The position numbers and the translations under genes were made by a program. From Oscillospiraceae bacterium (lineage in GTDB: Bacteria > Bacillota > Clostridia > Oscillospirales > Ruminococcaceae), in assembly GCA_004556975.1 (NCBI GenBank), contig SFFD01000005.1, positions 2,429-66,428 of the forward strand: a stretch of DNA of 64,000 nucleotides. The letters run 5' to 3'. Positions 8,438 through 18,064 of this stretch are shown one piece after another (within the stretch, counting starts at the first letter, position 1; each line of letters starts with the position of its first letter). The notes beneath the pieces are model-generated. The model saw nothing but the letters and a program-made list of their open reading frames with translations, was not told the DNA's origin and ran no database searches.

Positions 8438-9466
8438 TTATAGGCTGTCGGCAATATCGTAAATAAGGTTCCGGCTCTTTTCCCAGCCAAGGCACGGGTC
8501 GGTGATGGATTTTCCGTAAACGCCGCCGTCGGTTTTCTGGCAGCCGTCCTCAATATAGCTTTCAATCATAAAGCCCTTTACTATTTTGCAGATATCCTTG
8601 TTATAGCGGCGGCTGTACATTACCTCTTTTGCAATTCGTATCTGCTCAAGATATTGCTTGCCGGAGTTTGAGTGGTTGCAGTCAACAATAACCGCCGGGT
8701 TCATAAGCCCGCTTTTGGCATAAAGATTGCTGACCAGCTGAAGATCCTCATAGTGATAGTTAGGGTGGCTGTTGCCGTGCTTGTCCACATAACCGCGAAG
8801 AATGGCGTGTGCAAAGGGGTTGCCGAAGCTTTCAACCTCCCACCCGCGATAGATGAAATTATGGGGCGCCTGGGCGGCGATAATGGAATTCATCATAACC
8901 GAAAGGTCGCCGCCGGTGGGGTTTTTCATTCCCACTGGAATATCAATGCCGCTGGCGGTAAGGCGGTGGTGCTGGTCCTCTACGGAACGGGCGCCAACGG
9001 CCACATAGCCCAAAAGGTCGGAAAGATAGCGGTGGTTTTCGGGGTAAAGCATTTCGTCGGCACAGGTAAAGCCCGTTTCCGCAAGGGCGCGCATATGAAA
9101 TTTTCTTACGGCGCAGATACCCTCAAATATGTCCGGCTCGCCGTTGGGGTCGGGCTGGTGAAGAAGCCCCATATACCCCTGCCCGGTGGTGCGGGGCTTT
9201 CCGGTATAGATTCGGGGAATGATGATAATTTTATCCTTTACCTCTTCCTGCACTTTTGCAAGGCGGCAGATATAATCCATTACCGAATCCTCACGGTCGG
9301 CGGAGCAGGGGCCGATTATAAGAATGAACTTGTCGGAGCGGGACTCAAAAACCGCCTTTATTTCCTCGTCCCTTGCCGCCTTGACGGCGGCAAGCTCCGG
9401 AGTAAGCGGAAACATTTTTTTGGTATCAAGAGGAATGGGAAGCTTCCTTTTAAAATCCATATTCAT
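8438..9466 (-). CDS. 3-deoxy-7-phosphoheptulonate (DAHP) synthase, class I (AroG-like)
   Basis: IIGPCSADRED...IYTGKPRTTGQGYMGL...GARSVEDQHHRLTASG...PVGMKNPTGG aligns with E. coli AroG motifs. The ATG at 9466 is preceded by AAGGAGAG. Confidence 0.9.
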   Translation of the reverse strand: MNMDFKRKLPIPLDTKKMFPLTPELAAVKAARDEEIKAVFESRSDKFILIIGPCSADREDSVMDYICRLAKVQEEVKDKIIIIPRIYTGKPRTTGQGYMGLLHQPDPNGEPDIFEGICAVRKFHMRALAETGFTCADEMLYPENHRYLSDLLGYVAVGARSVEDQHHRLTASGIDIPVGMKNPTGGDLSVMMNSIIAAQAPHNFIYRGWEVESFGNPFAHAILRGYVDKHGNSHPNYHYEDLQLVSNLYAKSGLMNPAVIVDCNHSNSGKQYLEQIRIAKEVMYSRRYNKDICKIVKGFMIESYIEDGCQKTDGGVYGKSITDPCLGWEKSRNLIYDIADSL

Positions 9467-9488
9467 AGAGTATATCTCTCCTTTTCGG

Positions 9489-10346
9489 TTATTTCTTGTC
9501 AAAAAGCGCCCGGCGCTCTGTGGAAACACGCATCATTGTGCGCATTGTTTCACGGTCGCCGCTTTCAAGAGAAGCGCGGAGCTTCATAAATTCCGCAAGG
9601 AATTTGTCCATAGAGTCAAGAAGCGCATCACGGTTAAGCAGAAAAAGCTCGCTCCACATATCGTCGTTGATTCGCGCAATTCTTGTAAGGTCGCGGAAGG
9701 AATCGCCGGTGTAATCCTGAAGCTTTTCGCCGTCGTAACAGGTCATAAGCGAAACGGCAATGCAGTGGGTAAGCTGTGAAACAAAGCCTATCATCTCGTC
9801 GTGCTTTTCCGGAGTGAGCACCGAAACGTGCGAAAAGCCGAGAAGCCGCCCCAATTCAAGACAGTCCTCAACGGCGGCGTCGGTATTGCGGCTTGTGGGG
9901 GTGACTATGTAGTTTGCACCGTGAAAAATCCGCTCGTCGCTGTTTTTTACTCCGTAAACCTCACGCCCCGCCATGGGGTGGGCGGCTATGAACTCAACGT
10001 CCGGGCGAAGCATTGCCTGTATTTTTTCAACAATCGCGCCTTTTACGCCGGTGACGTCGGTAAGCAGGGCGCCTGGCTTAAGGTACGACTGATATTTGTC
10101 TATCCACTCCACAAAAACATGGGGATACAGGGCGAAAATAATAAGTTCCGCCCTGCCGATGACCTTCGGGTCAGGCTCGGTACAGCCGAAATCAATTATT
10201 CCGTTTTCAAGGGCATAGTCAATATCTTCACGGTCAAGAGTTATGGCGGAAATCTTAAAACCGAGTTTTCTTAAAGCCTTTGCGTAACTTCCGCCGATAA
10301 GACCAAGGCCGACAATAAGTATATTTTTGCTGGTGTCAAGCATCAT
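9489..10346 (-). CDS. tyrA: Prephenate dehydrogenase
   Basis: Rossmann motif ILIVGLGLIGGSYAKAL and the HPMAG motif. It sits inside the aro operon. Confidence 0.9.
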   Translation of the reverse strand: MMLDTSKNILIVGLGLIGGSYAKALRKLGFKISAITLDREDIDYALENGIIDFGCTEPDPKVIGRAELIIFALYPHVFVEWIDKYQSYLKPGALLTDVTGVKGAIVEKIQAMLRPDVEFIAAHPMAGREVYGVKNSDERIFHGANYIVTPTSRNTDAAVEDCLELGRLLGFSHVSVLTPEKHDEMIGFVSQLTHCIAVSLMTCYDGEKLQDYTGDSFRDLTRIARINDDMWSELFLLNRDALLDSMDKFLAEFMKLRASLESGDRETMRTMMRVSTERRALFDKK

Positions 10347-11550
10347 GGCAGGTCACCTCAAATCCAAGCTTATTAAGCCGCTCAAAAAAATCCGGAAGGC
10401 TTTTGCGCGAAGCTTCCGCTCCCTCAATAACGCCGCCGGTGACAGTGGCAAGAACGGAACATGCCATAACAATCCGGTGGTCGTTGTGCCCCGAAAGCGG
10501 CTCTGTAGGGGCGTGAAAATCGTGGGGATAGATAACTACGCTGTCGTCGTGAACAGTCACGGCGACGCCGAATTTTGAAAGTTCCTCTGCCATGGCGGCG
10601 GCGCGGTCGCTTTCTTTGATTTTAAGGCGGCGCGTGCCGGTAAAAACGCCGCCGCTTTTGACCGCCGCAAGGGCAAAAAGAATCGGCCCAAGGTCGGGGC
10701 AGTCGGAAATATTTATTGTGGGCGTTCCCTTTTCAAGAAGGGCAAAGTCCTTTTCGTAAACCTTGTCGCCCTGAAGGCTGTTGGGATTAAGTCCGCTTAT
10801 TTCAATATCCGAACCGAGAAGGTTCAATGCAGCGAAGAACGCCGCGTTGGAATAGTCCCCCTCAACTTCGGCATTTACGGGCTTATAGGTCTGCCCGCCG
10901 GGAACAAAAAGGGTTTTTTCGTCCTGCCAGCTTACCCTGACCCCGAATTTTGAAAGAGCCTCTATGGTGAGGTTTATATATGAGCAGCTTTCAATGGGCG
11001 GAATAAGCTGGATGGTGCTGTCCTTTTCCATAAGGGGAAGAACAAAAAGAAGCCCCGTGATAAACTGGCTGCTGATGTTGCCTTTTATTTTATAGCTTCC
11101 GCTTTGAAGGAAGCCGCCCACGGTGATTTTGTCCTCCGCCGCTTCAAAAAGAAGCCCCTGCTTTTTGCATATGTCCTCATAAACGCTCATGGGGCGTGAA
11201 AGAAGGGTGCGGCTTCCGGTAAGGGTTACGCTTTTTCCGCAAAGAAGGCAAAGGGGAACAAAAAAACGAAGAGTACTTCCGCTTTCGCGGCAGTTAAGAA
11301 GCGTTTTGTCGGGAATATTCCGGGGGTCGGCGCCTTTTATGGTGACTCTGTCGCCTTCGATTTTATAGCTTGCGCCGATGGCGGCAAGGCAGTCAAGGGT
11401 CGCCTTCATATCCTCGGAGGAGGAAATTCCGTCAATCACGCTTTCGCCGTCGGCAAGACCGCCGCAGATTAAAAGGCGGTGCGCCATACTTTTGGAAGGC
11501 GGCGCTTTCATGCTTCCCCGGCCCGTTCCGGGCTTTATTTCGGCAATCAT
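10336..11550 (-). CDS. aroA: 3-phosphoshikimate 1-carboxyvinyltransferase (EPSP synthase)
   Basis: PPSKSMAHRLLICG, LNCRESGSTLRF and HNDHRIVMA motifs. Confidence 0.93.
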   Translation of the reverse strand: MIAEIKPGTGRGSMKAPPSKSMAHRLLICGGLADGESVIDGISSSEDMKATLDCLAAIGASYKIEGDRVTIKGADPRNIPDKTLLNCRESGSTLRFFVPLCLLCGKSVTLTGSRTLLSRPMSVYEDICKKQGLLFEAAEDKITVGGFLQSGSYKIKGNISSQFITGLLFVLPLMEKDSTIQLIPPIESCSYINLTIEALSKFGVRVSWQDEKTLFVPGGQTYKPVNAEVEGDYSNAAFFAALNLLGSDIEISGLNPNSLQGDKVYEKDFALLEKGTPTINISDCPDLGPILFALAAVKSGGVFTGTRRLKIKESDRAAAMAEELSKFGVAVTVHDDSVVIYPHDFHAPTEPLSGHNDHRIVMACSVLATVTGGVIEGAEASRKSLPDFFERLNKLGFEVTCHDA

Positions 11551-11984
11551 TTTTCACCGCCCCTTTCAATAAGCATATCGACGGCTTCAAGATAGCCGTC
11601 TGTGCCGTGCCCGATTACCGAGCCTATGCAGGCATCGCGGATATAGCTGACGCTTCGGAACGCCTCGCGCTTTGAAACGTCTGAAATATGCACCTCTACG
11701 GCGGGAATGGCCACCGCCTTAAGCGCGTCAAGAAGGGCGATGCTGGTGTGGGTGTAAGCGCCGGGGTTTATGACAATGCCGTCGGTGCTGCCAAAGGCTT
11801 CCTGTATTCTGTCAACAAGCGCACCTTCATGGTTGCTCTGAAAGAAATCCACCGAAACGCCCCGCTTTTTTGCGTGGGCGGAAATTTTATCAAGCAGGGT
11901 GGCATAGGTTTCGCTTCCGTAAATTCCCGGTTCCCGAATACCGAGCATATTCAGGTTCGGCCCGTTAATAACTAAAATCTTCAT
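11547..11984 (-). CDS. aroQ: Type II 3-dehydroquinate dehydratase
   Basis: MKILVINGPNLNMLGIREPGIYG...INPGAYTHTSIAL is the canonical AroQ sequence. Confidence 0.95.
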   Translation of the reverse strand: MKILVINGPNLNMLGIREPGIYGSETYATLLDKISAHAKKRGVSVDFFQSNHEGALVDRIQEAFGSTDGIVINPGAYTHTSIALLDALKAVAIPAVEVHISDVSKREAFRSVSYIRDACIGSVIGHGTDGYLEAVDMLIERGGEK

Positions 11985-13218
11985 TCAAAAAATCCTCTTT
12001 CACCGCTTCAAGAACCTCAAGCGCGCTTCCCGAAGCGTCTGTTCTGACGTCGCAGTATTTGTTATATAGCGGGTATCTTTCCTCGTACCGCTTCATAATG
12101 GCTTCCCGGCTGGAGGCGGTGGGGCGGTCGCCTGTGGGAACAAGGCTTTCAACGGGACGGTCGATGAAATAAATGCGCCCGTTTTTCTTAAGATACCTGA
12201 TATTTTCCGGGTTAAGAACCGCTCCGCCGCCGGTGGCGATAACCGCGCCGGTTTTGCCCGAAAGGGCGGCGACGGCCTTTGCCTCAAGCCTGCGGAAGGC
12301 TTCTTCACCCTCGGATGAAAAAATTTCGGGAATGGTTTTTCCCGCCGTTTCGGTCACAAGGTCGTCCGAATCAAAAAGCGGGCGGGAAAGGCTTTCCGAA
12401 AGAAGCTTTCCCACGGTGCTCTTGCCGGAGGCGGGCATTCCGATTAAAACAATGTTTTCCTTGCTCTTTAAAATCTCCCGATAGATTCCCTCCGCCTTTT
12501 CGGAGGGAATTTTTTCGTCAAAGAAATGCTCGGCTGCCAGAATCGCCTGCTTCACAAGCATATAAAGCCCGCCGCGGCAGGGAATGCCAAGCGCTTCCGC
12601 CCGCTGAATAAGGTCGGTTTTAAGCGGGTTATATACAACGTCAATGACAGCCTTCGCAGCCGGAAAATCCATAGGGTCGGCGGCCATTCCCTCAAGGTTC
12701 GGGAACATTCCGCAGGGGGTGGTGTTAATAAGAATTTCGGCATCGGAATGCTCGGCGCGGGCTTCGTCATATGAAATTGTTCCCTCTTCGCCAAGAATGC
12801 TTGCTTTAAGCACGGTTTTCGCTCCAAGGGCTTTAAGCACCGCAAAGGCGGTTTTGCTGGTGCCGCCGTTCCCGAAAATAAGCGCCTTTTTTCCGGCGGC
12901 GGAAACGCCGGTCTGCTCAATAAGCGCCTTAAGCCCGCCGAAATCCGTGTTGTAGCCGAAAAGCTTTCCGCCGCGGTTAACAACTGTGTTGACGGCGCCA
13001 ATGGCCTTTGCCGCATTATCAATTTCGTCAAGATAGGGAATGACCGCCTGCTTATAGGGGATGGTGACGTTTATTCCCTTAAAATCACGCCGGGCAAGAA
13101 ACGCGCCCACCTCGTCGGGCGAAAGCTCCTTAAGCTCATATTTATAATCGCCGATTCGCCGGTGAATTTCCGGCGAAAAGCTGTGGGGAAGATGTTCCCC
13201 GATAAGTCCGTATTCCAT
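11965..13218 (-). CDS. Bifunctional shikimate dehydrogenase / shikimate kinase (AroE-AroK fusion)
   Basis: The N-terminal roughly 270 aa carry AroE motifs (GLIGEHLPHSFSPEIH, NVTIPYK, GAVNT, NTDFGG). The C-terminal roughly 150 aa carry a shikimate-kinase P-loop (IVLIGMPASGKSTVGK), DSD and ATGGG. Confidence 0.88.
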   Translation of the reverse strand: MEYGLIGEHLPHSFSPEIHRRIGDYKYELKELSPDEVGAFLARRDFKGINVTIPYKQAVIPYLDEIDNAAKAIGAVNTVVNRGGKLFGYNTDFGGLKALIEQTGVSAAGKKALIFGNGGTSKTAFAVLKALGAKTVLKASILGEEGTISYDEARAEHSDAEILINTTPCGMFPNLEGMAADPMDFPAAKAVIDVVYNPLKTDLIQRAEALGIPCRGGLYMLVKQAILAAEHFFDEKIPSEKAEGIYREILKSKENIVLIGMPASGKSTVGKLLSESLSRPLFDSDDLVTETAGKTIPEIFSSEGEEAFRRLEAKAVAALSGKTGAVIATGGGAVLNPENIRYLKKNGRIYFIDRPVESLVPTGDRPTASSREAIMKRYEERYPLYNKYCDVRTDASGSALEVLEAVKEDFLNEDFSY

Positions 13219-13221
13219 GGA

Positions 13222-14316
13222 TTAACCTCCGAGCCAGTCCGTGCCATAGCGCTGCGCAAGAAGGTCGCAAAGCGCAATGGCGGCGGCGGAATCCGCAACA
13301 ACCCTTGCCCGGTGAACAATGGCAGGGTCGTGGCGGCCGTGTATTTCAAGAATCTTTTCTTCTTCCTTAACAAAATCCACCGTTTGCTGGGGTCTTGCGA
13401 CGGAGGGGGTCGGTTTTACGGCGCAGCGGAAAATAATCGGCGCGCCGTTTGTGATTCCGCCGTTTATTCCGCCGTTATGGTTGGTTTTCGTTTGGATTTT
13501 TCCGTTTTCATCAATGCCGAAGGGGTCGTTGGCTTCGCTTGCGCGCATATCTGCCATGGCAAAGCCGCTTCCGAACTCGACGCCCTTAATTGCGGGAATG
13601 CTGAAAAGAATATGGGAAAGGCAGCTTTCCACGCTGTCAAAAAAAGGTTCGCCCACACCGGCGGGTACGCCGATGACGGCGGTTTCAAGCACTCCGCCGA
13701 CGCTGTCAAGGCTTTCTTTTGCAGAAAGAATTGCTTTTTCCATCTTCTTTCCGGCTTCGGCGTCAAGAACGGCGAAGTTTTCGGAATTAAGCAAATCTAT
13801 GTCCCCGTCAAAATTCCCGAAAGCCCTGTCCTTTACTCCGCCGCAGGAAGCAATATGGGTGCCGATTTTGATTCCCCTGCGGTTAAGGGCAGAAATGGCT
13901 ATGGCGCCGGCGGCGACAAGCGCCGCGGTAACCCGCCCGCTGAAATGACCGCCGCCCCGGTAATCCTGATACCCGTGATATTTGCATTGGGCGGCATAGT
14001 CCGCGTGCCCCGGTCGGGCACAGCAGGCAATTTCGGAATAGTCCCTGCTTACGGTGTTTTCGTTGGGAATAAGTATCGTTATGGGCGTTCCCGTGGTAAA
14101 GCCGCCGAAAACGCCGCTTAAAATCTCGAATTTGTCATCTTCACGCCTTGCGGTGGAAATTATTCCGGCGGGGCGGCGCTTTGTAAGCTGGGCGGCAATA
14201 AAACCTTCGTCAACGGGAATACCCGGCGCAAGACCGGAAAGAACGGCCACAAGGGCGCCGCCGTGGCTTTCGCCGGAAATTGTTACCGAAACGCTGTTTC
14301 CAAAGCTGCTTTTCAT
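13222..14316 (-). CDS. aroC: Chorismate synthase
   Basis: FGNSVSVTISGESHGGALV...RPGHADY...GRHDP motifs. Confidence 0.95.
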   Translation of the reverse strand: MKSSFGNSVSVTISGESHGGALVAVLSGLAPGIPVDEGFIAAQLTKRRPAGIISTARREDDKFEILSGVFGGFTTGTPITILIPNENTVSRDYSEIACCARPGHADYAAQCKYHGYQDYRGGGHFSGRVTAALVAAGAIAISALNRRGIKIGTHIASCGGVKDRAFGNFDGDIDLLNSENFAVLDAEAGKKMEKAILSAKESLDSVGGVLETAVIGVPAGVGEPFFDSVESCLSHILFSIPAIKGVEFGSGFAMADMRASEANDPFGIDENGKIQTKTNHNGGINGGITNGAPIIFRCAVKPTPSVARPQQTVDFVKEEEKILEIHGRHDPAIVHRARVVADSAAAIALCDLLAQRYGTDWLGG

Positions 14317-15323
14317 TTAAAAAACGCCTCCATCCGGCTTAAAAGTTCTTCGCTGCTCCAATTTTCAAACCGATAGTTTTCAATTTCCGGAAGGGTCACG
14401 ACGGTAACAAGACCTCCTGAAAATTTTTTGTCGTGGGCGGCGGCGGAAAGAAGCTTTTGCGGGTCGCCGCTCCATTTTGTGGGAAGGTTCAGTTTTTTGA
14501 GCACGCCCTCGACCCTGGGTCTTAATTCCCCGCCGCACATGGGCAGCATTCCTATGGCGACGCATTCGCCGTGATAAAGCCCGCCGAGCCCCTCGACGCT
14601 TTCAACGGCGTGCCCTATGGTGTGCCCGAAGTTGAGCACCCGGCGAAGCCCCGCCTCGTGCTCATCCTTTTCAACCACCGCCGCCTTGCTCTTTACGGAA
14701 TGCTCAATTATTGTTTCAATATTTTCGGCGGTGCTTTCGTGCTCAAACAGCTCAAAAAGCTTCCGGTCAAAAGTAAGGGACATTTTGACCGCCTCCGCAA
14801 GTCCGTTTGAAAAATGGCGGGGAGAAAGGGTTTTAAGCACCTCCGGGTCGATGATTACAGCCTTTGGCTGATAAAAAGCGCCGATTATGTTTTTTATGCC
14901 GCCGAAATTGACTGCCGTTTTTCCGCCCACGGAGGAATCCACCTGTGAAAGAACGGTGGTGGGAATATTGTAAAAGTCAATTCCGCGCATATAGCTTGCG
15001 GCGGCAAAGCCCGCAAGGTCGCCCACTACCCCGCCGCCCACGGCAACAACACAGTCGCCCCGGGTAAAGCCGTTTTCAAGCAGCGTACCGCAAAGCCCGC
15101 CGAAAACCTCAAGGCTTTTGCTGCCCTCGCCCGTGGGAACGGTTACGGTAACGGCGCTTCGGCACTGCTTTGCAACGGTTTCGGCATACTCTTTGGGAAC
15201 GCCGCTGTCAGTGACCACAAGAACCTTTCGGTCAAGGTCCGCTATCTCTCCGGCACGGGAAAGCGCCCCGCGCGATAGGGTTATATCATAGCTTCCTGCA
15301 GGAAGCCTGACGGGAATTATCAT
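14313..15323 (-). CDS. aroB: 3-dehydroquinate synthase
   Basis: GGGVVGDLAGFAA, GGKTAVN and LNFGHTIGHA motifs. The ATG at 15323 is preceded by AAGGAGG and is preferred to the track start at 15365. Confidence 0.92.
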   Translation of the reverse strand: MIIPVRLPAGSYDITLSRGALSRAGEIADLDRKVLVVTDSGVPKEYAETVAKQCRSAVTVTVPTGEGSKSLEVFGGLCGTLLENGFTRGDCVVAVGGGVVGDLAGFAAASYMRGIDFYNIPTTVLSQVDSSVGGKTAVNFGGIKNIIGAFYQPKAVIIDPEVLKTLSPRHFSNGLAEAVKMSLTFDRKLFELFEHESTAENIETIIEHSVKSKAAVVEKDEHEAGLRRVLNFGHTIGHAVESVEGLGGLYHGECVAIGMLPMCGGELRPRVEGVLKKLNLPTKWSGDPQKLLSAAAHDKKFSGGLVTVVTLPEIENYRFENWSSEELLSRMEAFFK

Positions 15324-15348
15324 AAAGAACCTCCTTTTCCGAACGGTT

Positions 15349-16443
15349 TCAGATTTTCGTTTCATGGGGGAAGTTGCCGACCACCCTCAAATGGTCGCAG
15401 TATTTACCAAGCTCCTTTATCATAAGCTTGCCTGCGGCGCTGCCGATGTTGCCGTCGGCCTCCACATAAAAATAATACTGCCAAAGAAGCTCTTTCATCG
15501 GGCGGCTTCGCAGGGTTCTCATGTTAAAACCAAAGCGGCCGATTATGTTTATGGCTTCCGCAAGGGCGCCCGCTTCGTTGCGAACGGTAAATACAAGAAC
15601 AAACTGGCGGTCCTGTTCCCCGGCGGAAACGGAGCTTTCCACCCTTGAAAAGACGGCAAAGCGTGTGGTGTTGGTGCTGCTTTCGTTGATTTTGTGCTCA
15701 AGCACCTCAAGCCCGTAAAGCTTTGCGGTTTCGGTGCTGGCAATGGCGGCTATGCTTTTGTCGCCGCCCACCGCCACTTTTTGGGCGGCGACGGCGGTGT
15801 TCGCCGCACGCACCGCATCAAAACCCATCTTTCTGATGTAGTTTGAGCATTGCTCAATTGCCTGGGGGTGGCTGACAACGGTTCTGATGTCGGAAATTTT
15901 TGCTCCGGGAAGTCCGAGAAGGTTATGCCGCACCTCAAGGTCATATATGCCGTTGATAAAAAGAGTTCCCTGGAACATTATATCAATAACCTGCGAAACC
16001 TCGCCGGCATAGCTGTTTTCAATGGGAAGCACGGCGCAGTCGCACTCGCCGTTTACAACGGAGTCATAGGCAAAGCGAAAATCCGGGTATGAAACCTGCT
16101 TGGCGTTTGGAAAAATGCTTTTGGCGGCGATGTTGGCAAAAGCGCCCTCAACCCCGCTGTAAGCAACGGTAAGCCCGCTTTGAAGCATTTCCTGATATTT
16201 TCTTGAAATGTTCATATTGCTTTGAAGAAAGTTCACATAATACGCGCGGATTTTTTCGTCCGAAACAAGGGCGGAATTTTTTATGATTACCTCATTTTCC
16301 CGCCCGCGGTCAAGAATGGGAAGCCCGTGCTCGATTTTGTATTCGGAAACCTTTTCCACCTCGGCCATACGCTGTTCAAAAAGCCTTGCCATTTTCTTAT
16401 CAATGGCGTTTATGTTTTTTCTTGCTTCCTCAAGCTTGTTCAT
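15349..16443 (-). CDS. pheA: Bifunctional chorismate mutase / prephenate dehydratase (P-protein)
   Basis: N-terminal CM_2 helix region (IDKKMARLFEQRM), a PDT domain (TRF motif NTTRFAV) and a C-terminal ACT domain. Confidence 0.9.
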   Translation of the reverse strand: MNKLEEARKNINAIDKKMARLFEQRMAEVEKVSEYKIEHGLPILDRGRENEVIIKNSALVSDEKIRAYYVNFLQSNMNISRKYQEMLQSGLTVAYSGVEGAFANIAAKSIFPNAKQVSYPDFRFAYDSVVNGECDCAVLPIENSYAGEVSQVIDIMFQGTLFINGIYDLEVRHNLLGLPGAKISDIRTVVSHPQAIEQCSNYIRKMGFDAVRAANTAVAAQKVAVGGDKSIAAIASTETAKLYGLEVLEHKINESSTNTTRFAVFSRVESSVSAGEQDRQFVLVFTVRNEAGALAEAINIIGRFGFNMRTLRSRPMKELLWQYYFYVEADGNIGSAAGKLMIKELGKYCDHLRVVGNFPHETKI

Positions 16444-17627
16444 TTAAAATATTCCTCCGCCAATTTTCTGAATGCCGGAAGCGAACGGCGAATCTGATTT
16501 TCAGAAACGCAGTAGGAAATCCGAACATAGCCGCTCAATCCGAAATCGTCGCTCGGAACAAGAAGAAGCTCATATTTTTTCGCCCTTTCGCTGAAAGCGG
16601 CGGCGTTTGCCTCCGGCGATTTTACAAAGAGATAGAAAGCTCCGTCCGGGCGGACGGCGGAAAAGCCCATTTCTGTCAAAGCGCCGTAAAGAAGCTCGCG
16701 GTTTTTGGCATAGACCGAAAGGTCGGCGGTAAGACCGGCGCAGGAGGTAAGCATGTGCTGGAAAACCGACGGGGTGCAAATATAGCCAAGGGCGCGTCCG
16801 GCGCCGCAAACGGCGGCGTAAACGTCTTTCCAACCGTCAATTTCCGGCGAAACAAGAATATAGCCGACGCGCTCGCCGGGAAGGGAAAGAGACTTGCTGT
16901 AAGAATAGCATACCACCGTGTCGCGGTAATATTTTGTTACGAAGGGAACCTTAATCCCGTCATAGACAATCTCGCGGTAGGGCTCGTCCGAAATGAGAAA
17001 AATCCTTTTTCCAAAGCGGCGCTCCGCTTCCGAAAGAATCTCCGAAAGGCGTATGATGCTTTCTTCCGAAAGCACCGCGCCCGAGGGGTTGTTCGGCGAA
17101 TTTATGATGACGGCAGAGGTTTTTTCGTTAAGAGCGCTTTCAAGGCGCTCAAAATCAATCTGAAAATCCTCCTCTCTGCAGGGAACGGCAACGGGCTTTC
17201 CGCCGGCGGTTTCAATATAAACCCGGTATTCGGGAAAACAGGGGGTGAAAATTATTACCTCGCCGCCCTCCTCCACAAGCGCGGAGAAAGAAATGGTAAG
17301 GCTTGCCGCCGCGCCGCAGGTAAGATAGAGGTGCTCCGCGCCGAAATCCGTTCCAAAGCGGCGGTTAAGGTCGTCGGCAATGGCACTTCTTGCGGCGGCG
17401 CTGCCCGGGGCGGAGGTATAACCGTGAATTTCAACAGGGTTCCGCTCGGTCAAAAGGCGCACAAGCTCTTCCTCCACCGCCTTGGGCACGGGCGCGTTTG
17501 GGTTGCCAATGCTGAAATCAAAGACGTTTTCGTCGCCGATTTCCGCCTTTCTTTTGTTGCCGTATTCAAAAAGCTCCCGTATTACGGAGCGTTTTTTGCC
17601 CAGGGATTCCATTCTTTTTCTGTCCAT
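16440..17627 (-). CDS. Class I/II PLP-dependent aminotransferase (aromatic/aspartate type)
   Basis: FSIGNPN, NPSGAV, SYSKSLSLPGERVGY (PLP-Lys) motifs. The ATG at 17627 is preceded by AGGAGG. It is the first gene of the aro operon. Confidence 0.88.
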   Translation of the reverse strand: MDRKRMESLGKKRSVIRELFEYGNKRKAEIGDENVFDFSIGNPNAPVPKAVEEELVRLLTERNPVEIHGYTSAPGSAAARSAIADDLNRRFGTDFGAEHLYLTCGAAASLTISFSALVEEGGEVIIFTPCFPEYRVYIETAGGKPVAVPCREEDFQIDFERLESALNEKTSAVIINSPNNPSGAVLSEESIIRLSEILSEAERRFGKRIFLISDEPYREIVYDGIKVPFVTKYYRDTVVCYSYSKSLSLPGERVGYILVSPEIDGWKDVYAAVCGAGRALGYICTPSVFQHMLTSCAGLTADLSVYAKNRELLYGALTEMGFSAVRPDGAFYLFVKSPEANAAAFSERAKKYELLLVPSDDFGLSGYVRISYCVSENQIRRSLPAFRKLAEEYFK

Positions 17628-17645
17628 CAGAGTGCCTCCTAAAAT

Positions 17646-17662
17646 GGTTAACAGCGTTAACC
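17646..17662 (-). promoter_or_regulatory. Perfect inverted repeat GGTTAAC-AGC-GTTAACC in the aro-operon 5' UTR (candidate operator or leader hairpin)
   Basis: 7+7-bp palindrome located between the predicted -10 element and the RBS. Confidence 0.35.
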
Positions 17663-17679
17663 TAAATAAACATACAAAT

Positions 17680-17707
17680 ATTATACGCTTTAAATCGAAA
17701 AAGTCAA
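17680..17707 (-). promoter_or_regulatory. Sigma-A-type promoter of the aromatic amino-acid operon
   Basis: On the minus strand: TTGACT, 16-nt spacer, TATAAT. It lies about 50 nt upstream of the aminotransferase start. Confidence 0.65.
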
Positions 17708-18064
17708 TAGAGCCGGGGCGTTGCAAAGAAAAAAATAAAAGTATATAATGTTGCTGTAATAAAAACAAAAACCTGCACCGGCTAAAACAGAAACGATTTG
17801 GAAAGAACGCATTTTTCTCCGGGGATTTCAGAAAGCCGCCCTTTGCGGTAAAAATCCAAAACGGCCCGGCGAACGGGCTTCGCCAAAGAGATGATTAAGG
17901 GCATAACCGCTTTTCGAAAAAGCACGGCGGAAAGAATGCTTTCGGTGTACTGTGAAAAATTCGGTTTTAATGCCGGCGGCAAAATTTTTTCCGTAAAAAC
18001 GGGAAGCAAACCTTGTGCTTACGGATTATAACTGCAAACTTGAAGCTTGAAGGGAGGCAAAATT

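Noticed and set aside
16386-17642. Long ORFs antisense to well-supported genes. Examples: 16386-17642, 13162-14121, 8672-9589, 34588-35484, 37472-38254, 43766-44752, 48421-49923, 51072-51944 and 61700-62776
   Set aside because: All lie opposite genes with clear family signatures. Their products are Arg/Gly/Phe-rich and low-complexity, and they lack RBSs. These are shadow ORFs typical of moderately GC-rich DNA.
17782-18009. 75-aa minus-strand ORF and a roughly 46-60 aa plus-strand ORF in the aro-TetR intergenic region
   Set aside because: Neither has a convincing RBS or a recognisable family. The region more likely holds the divergent promoters. I leave it unannotated.
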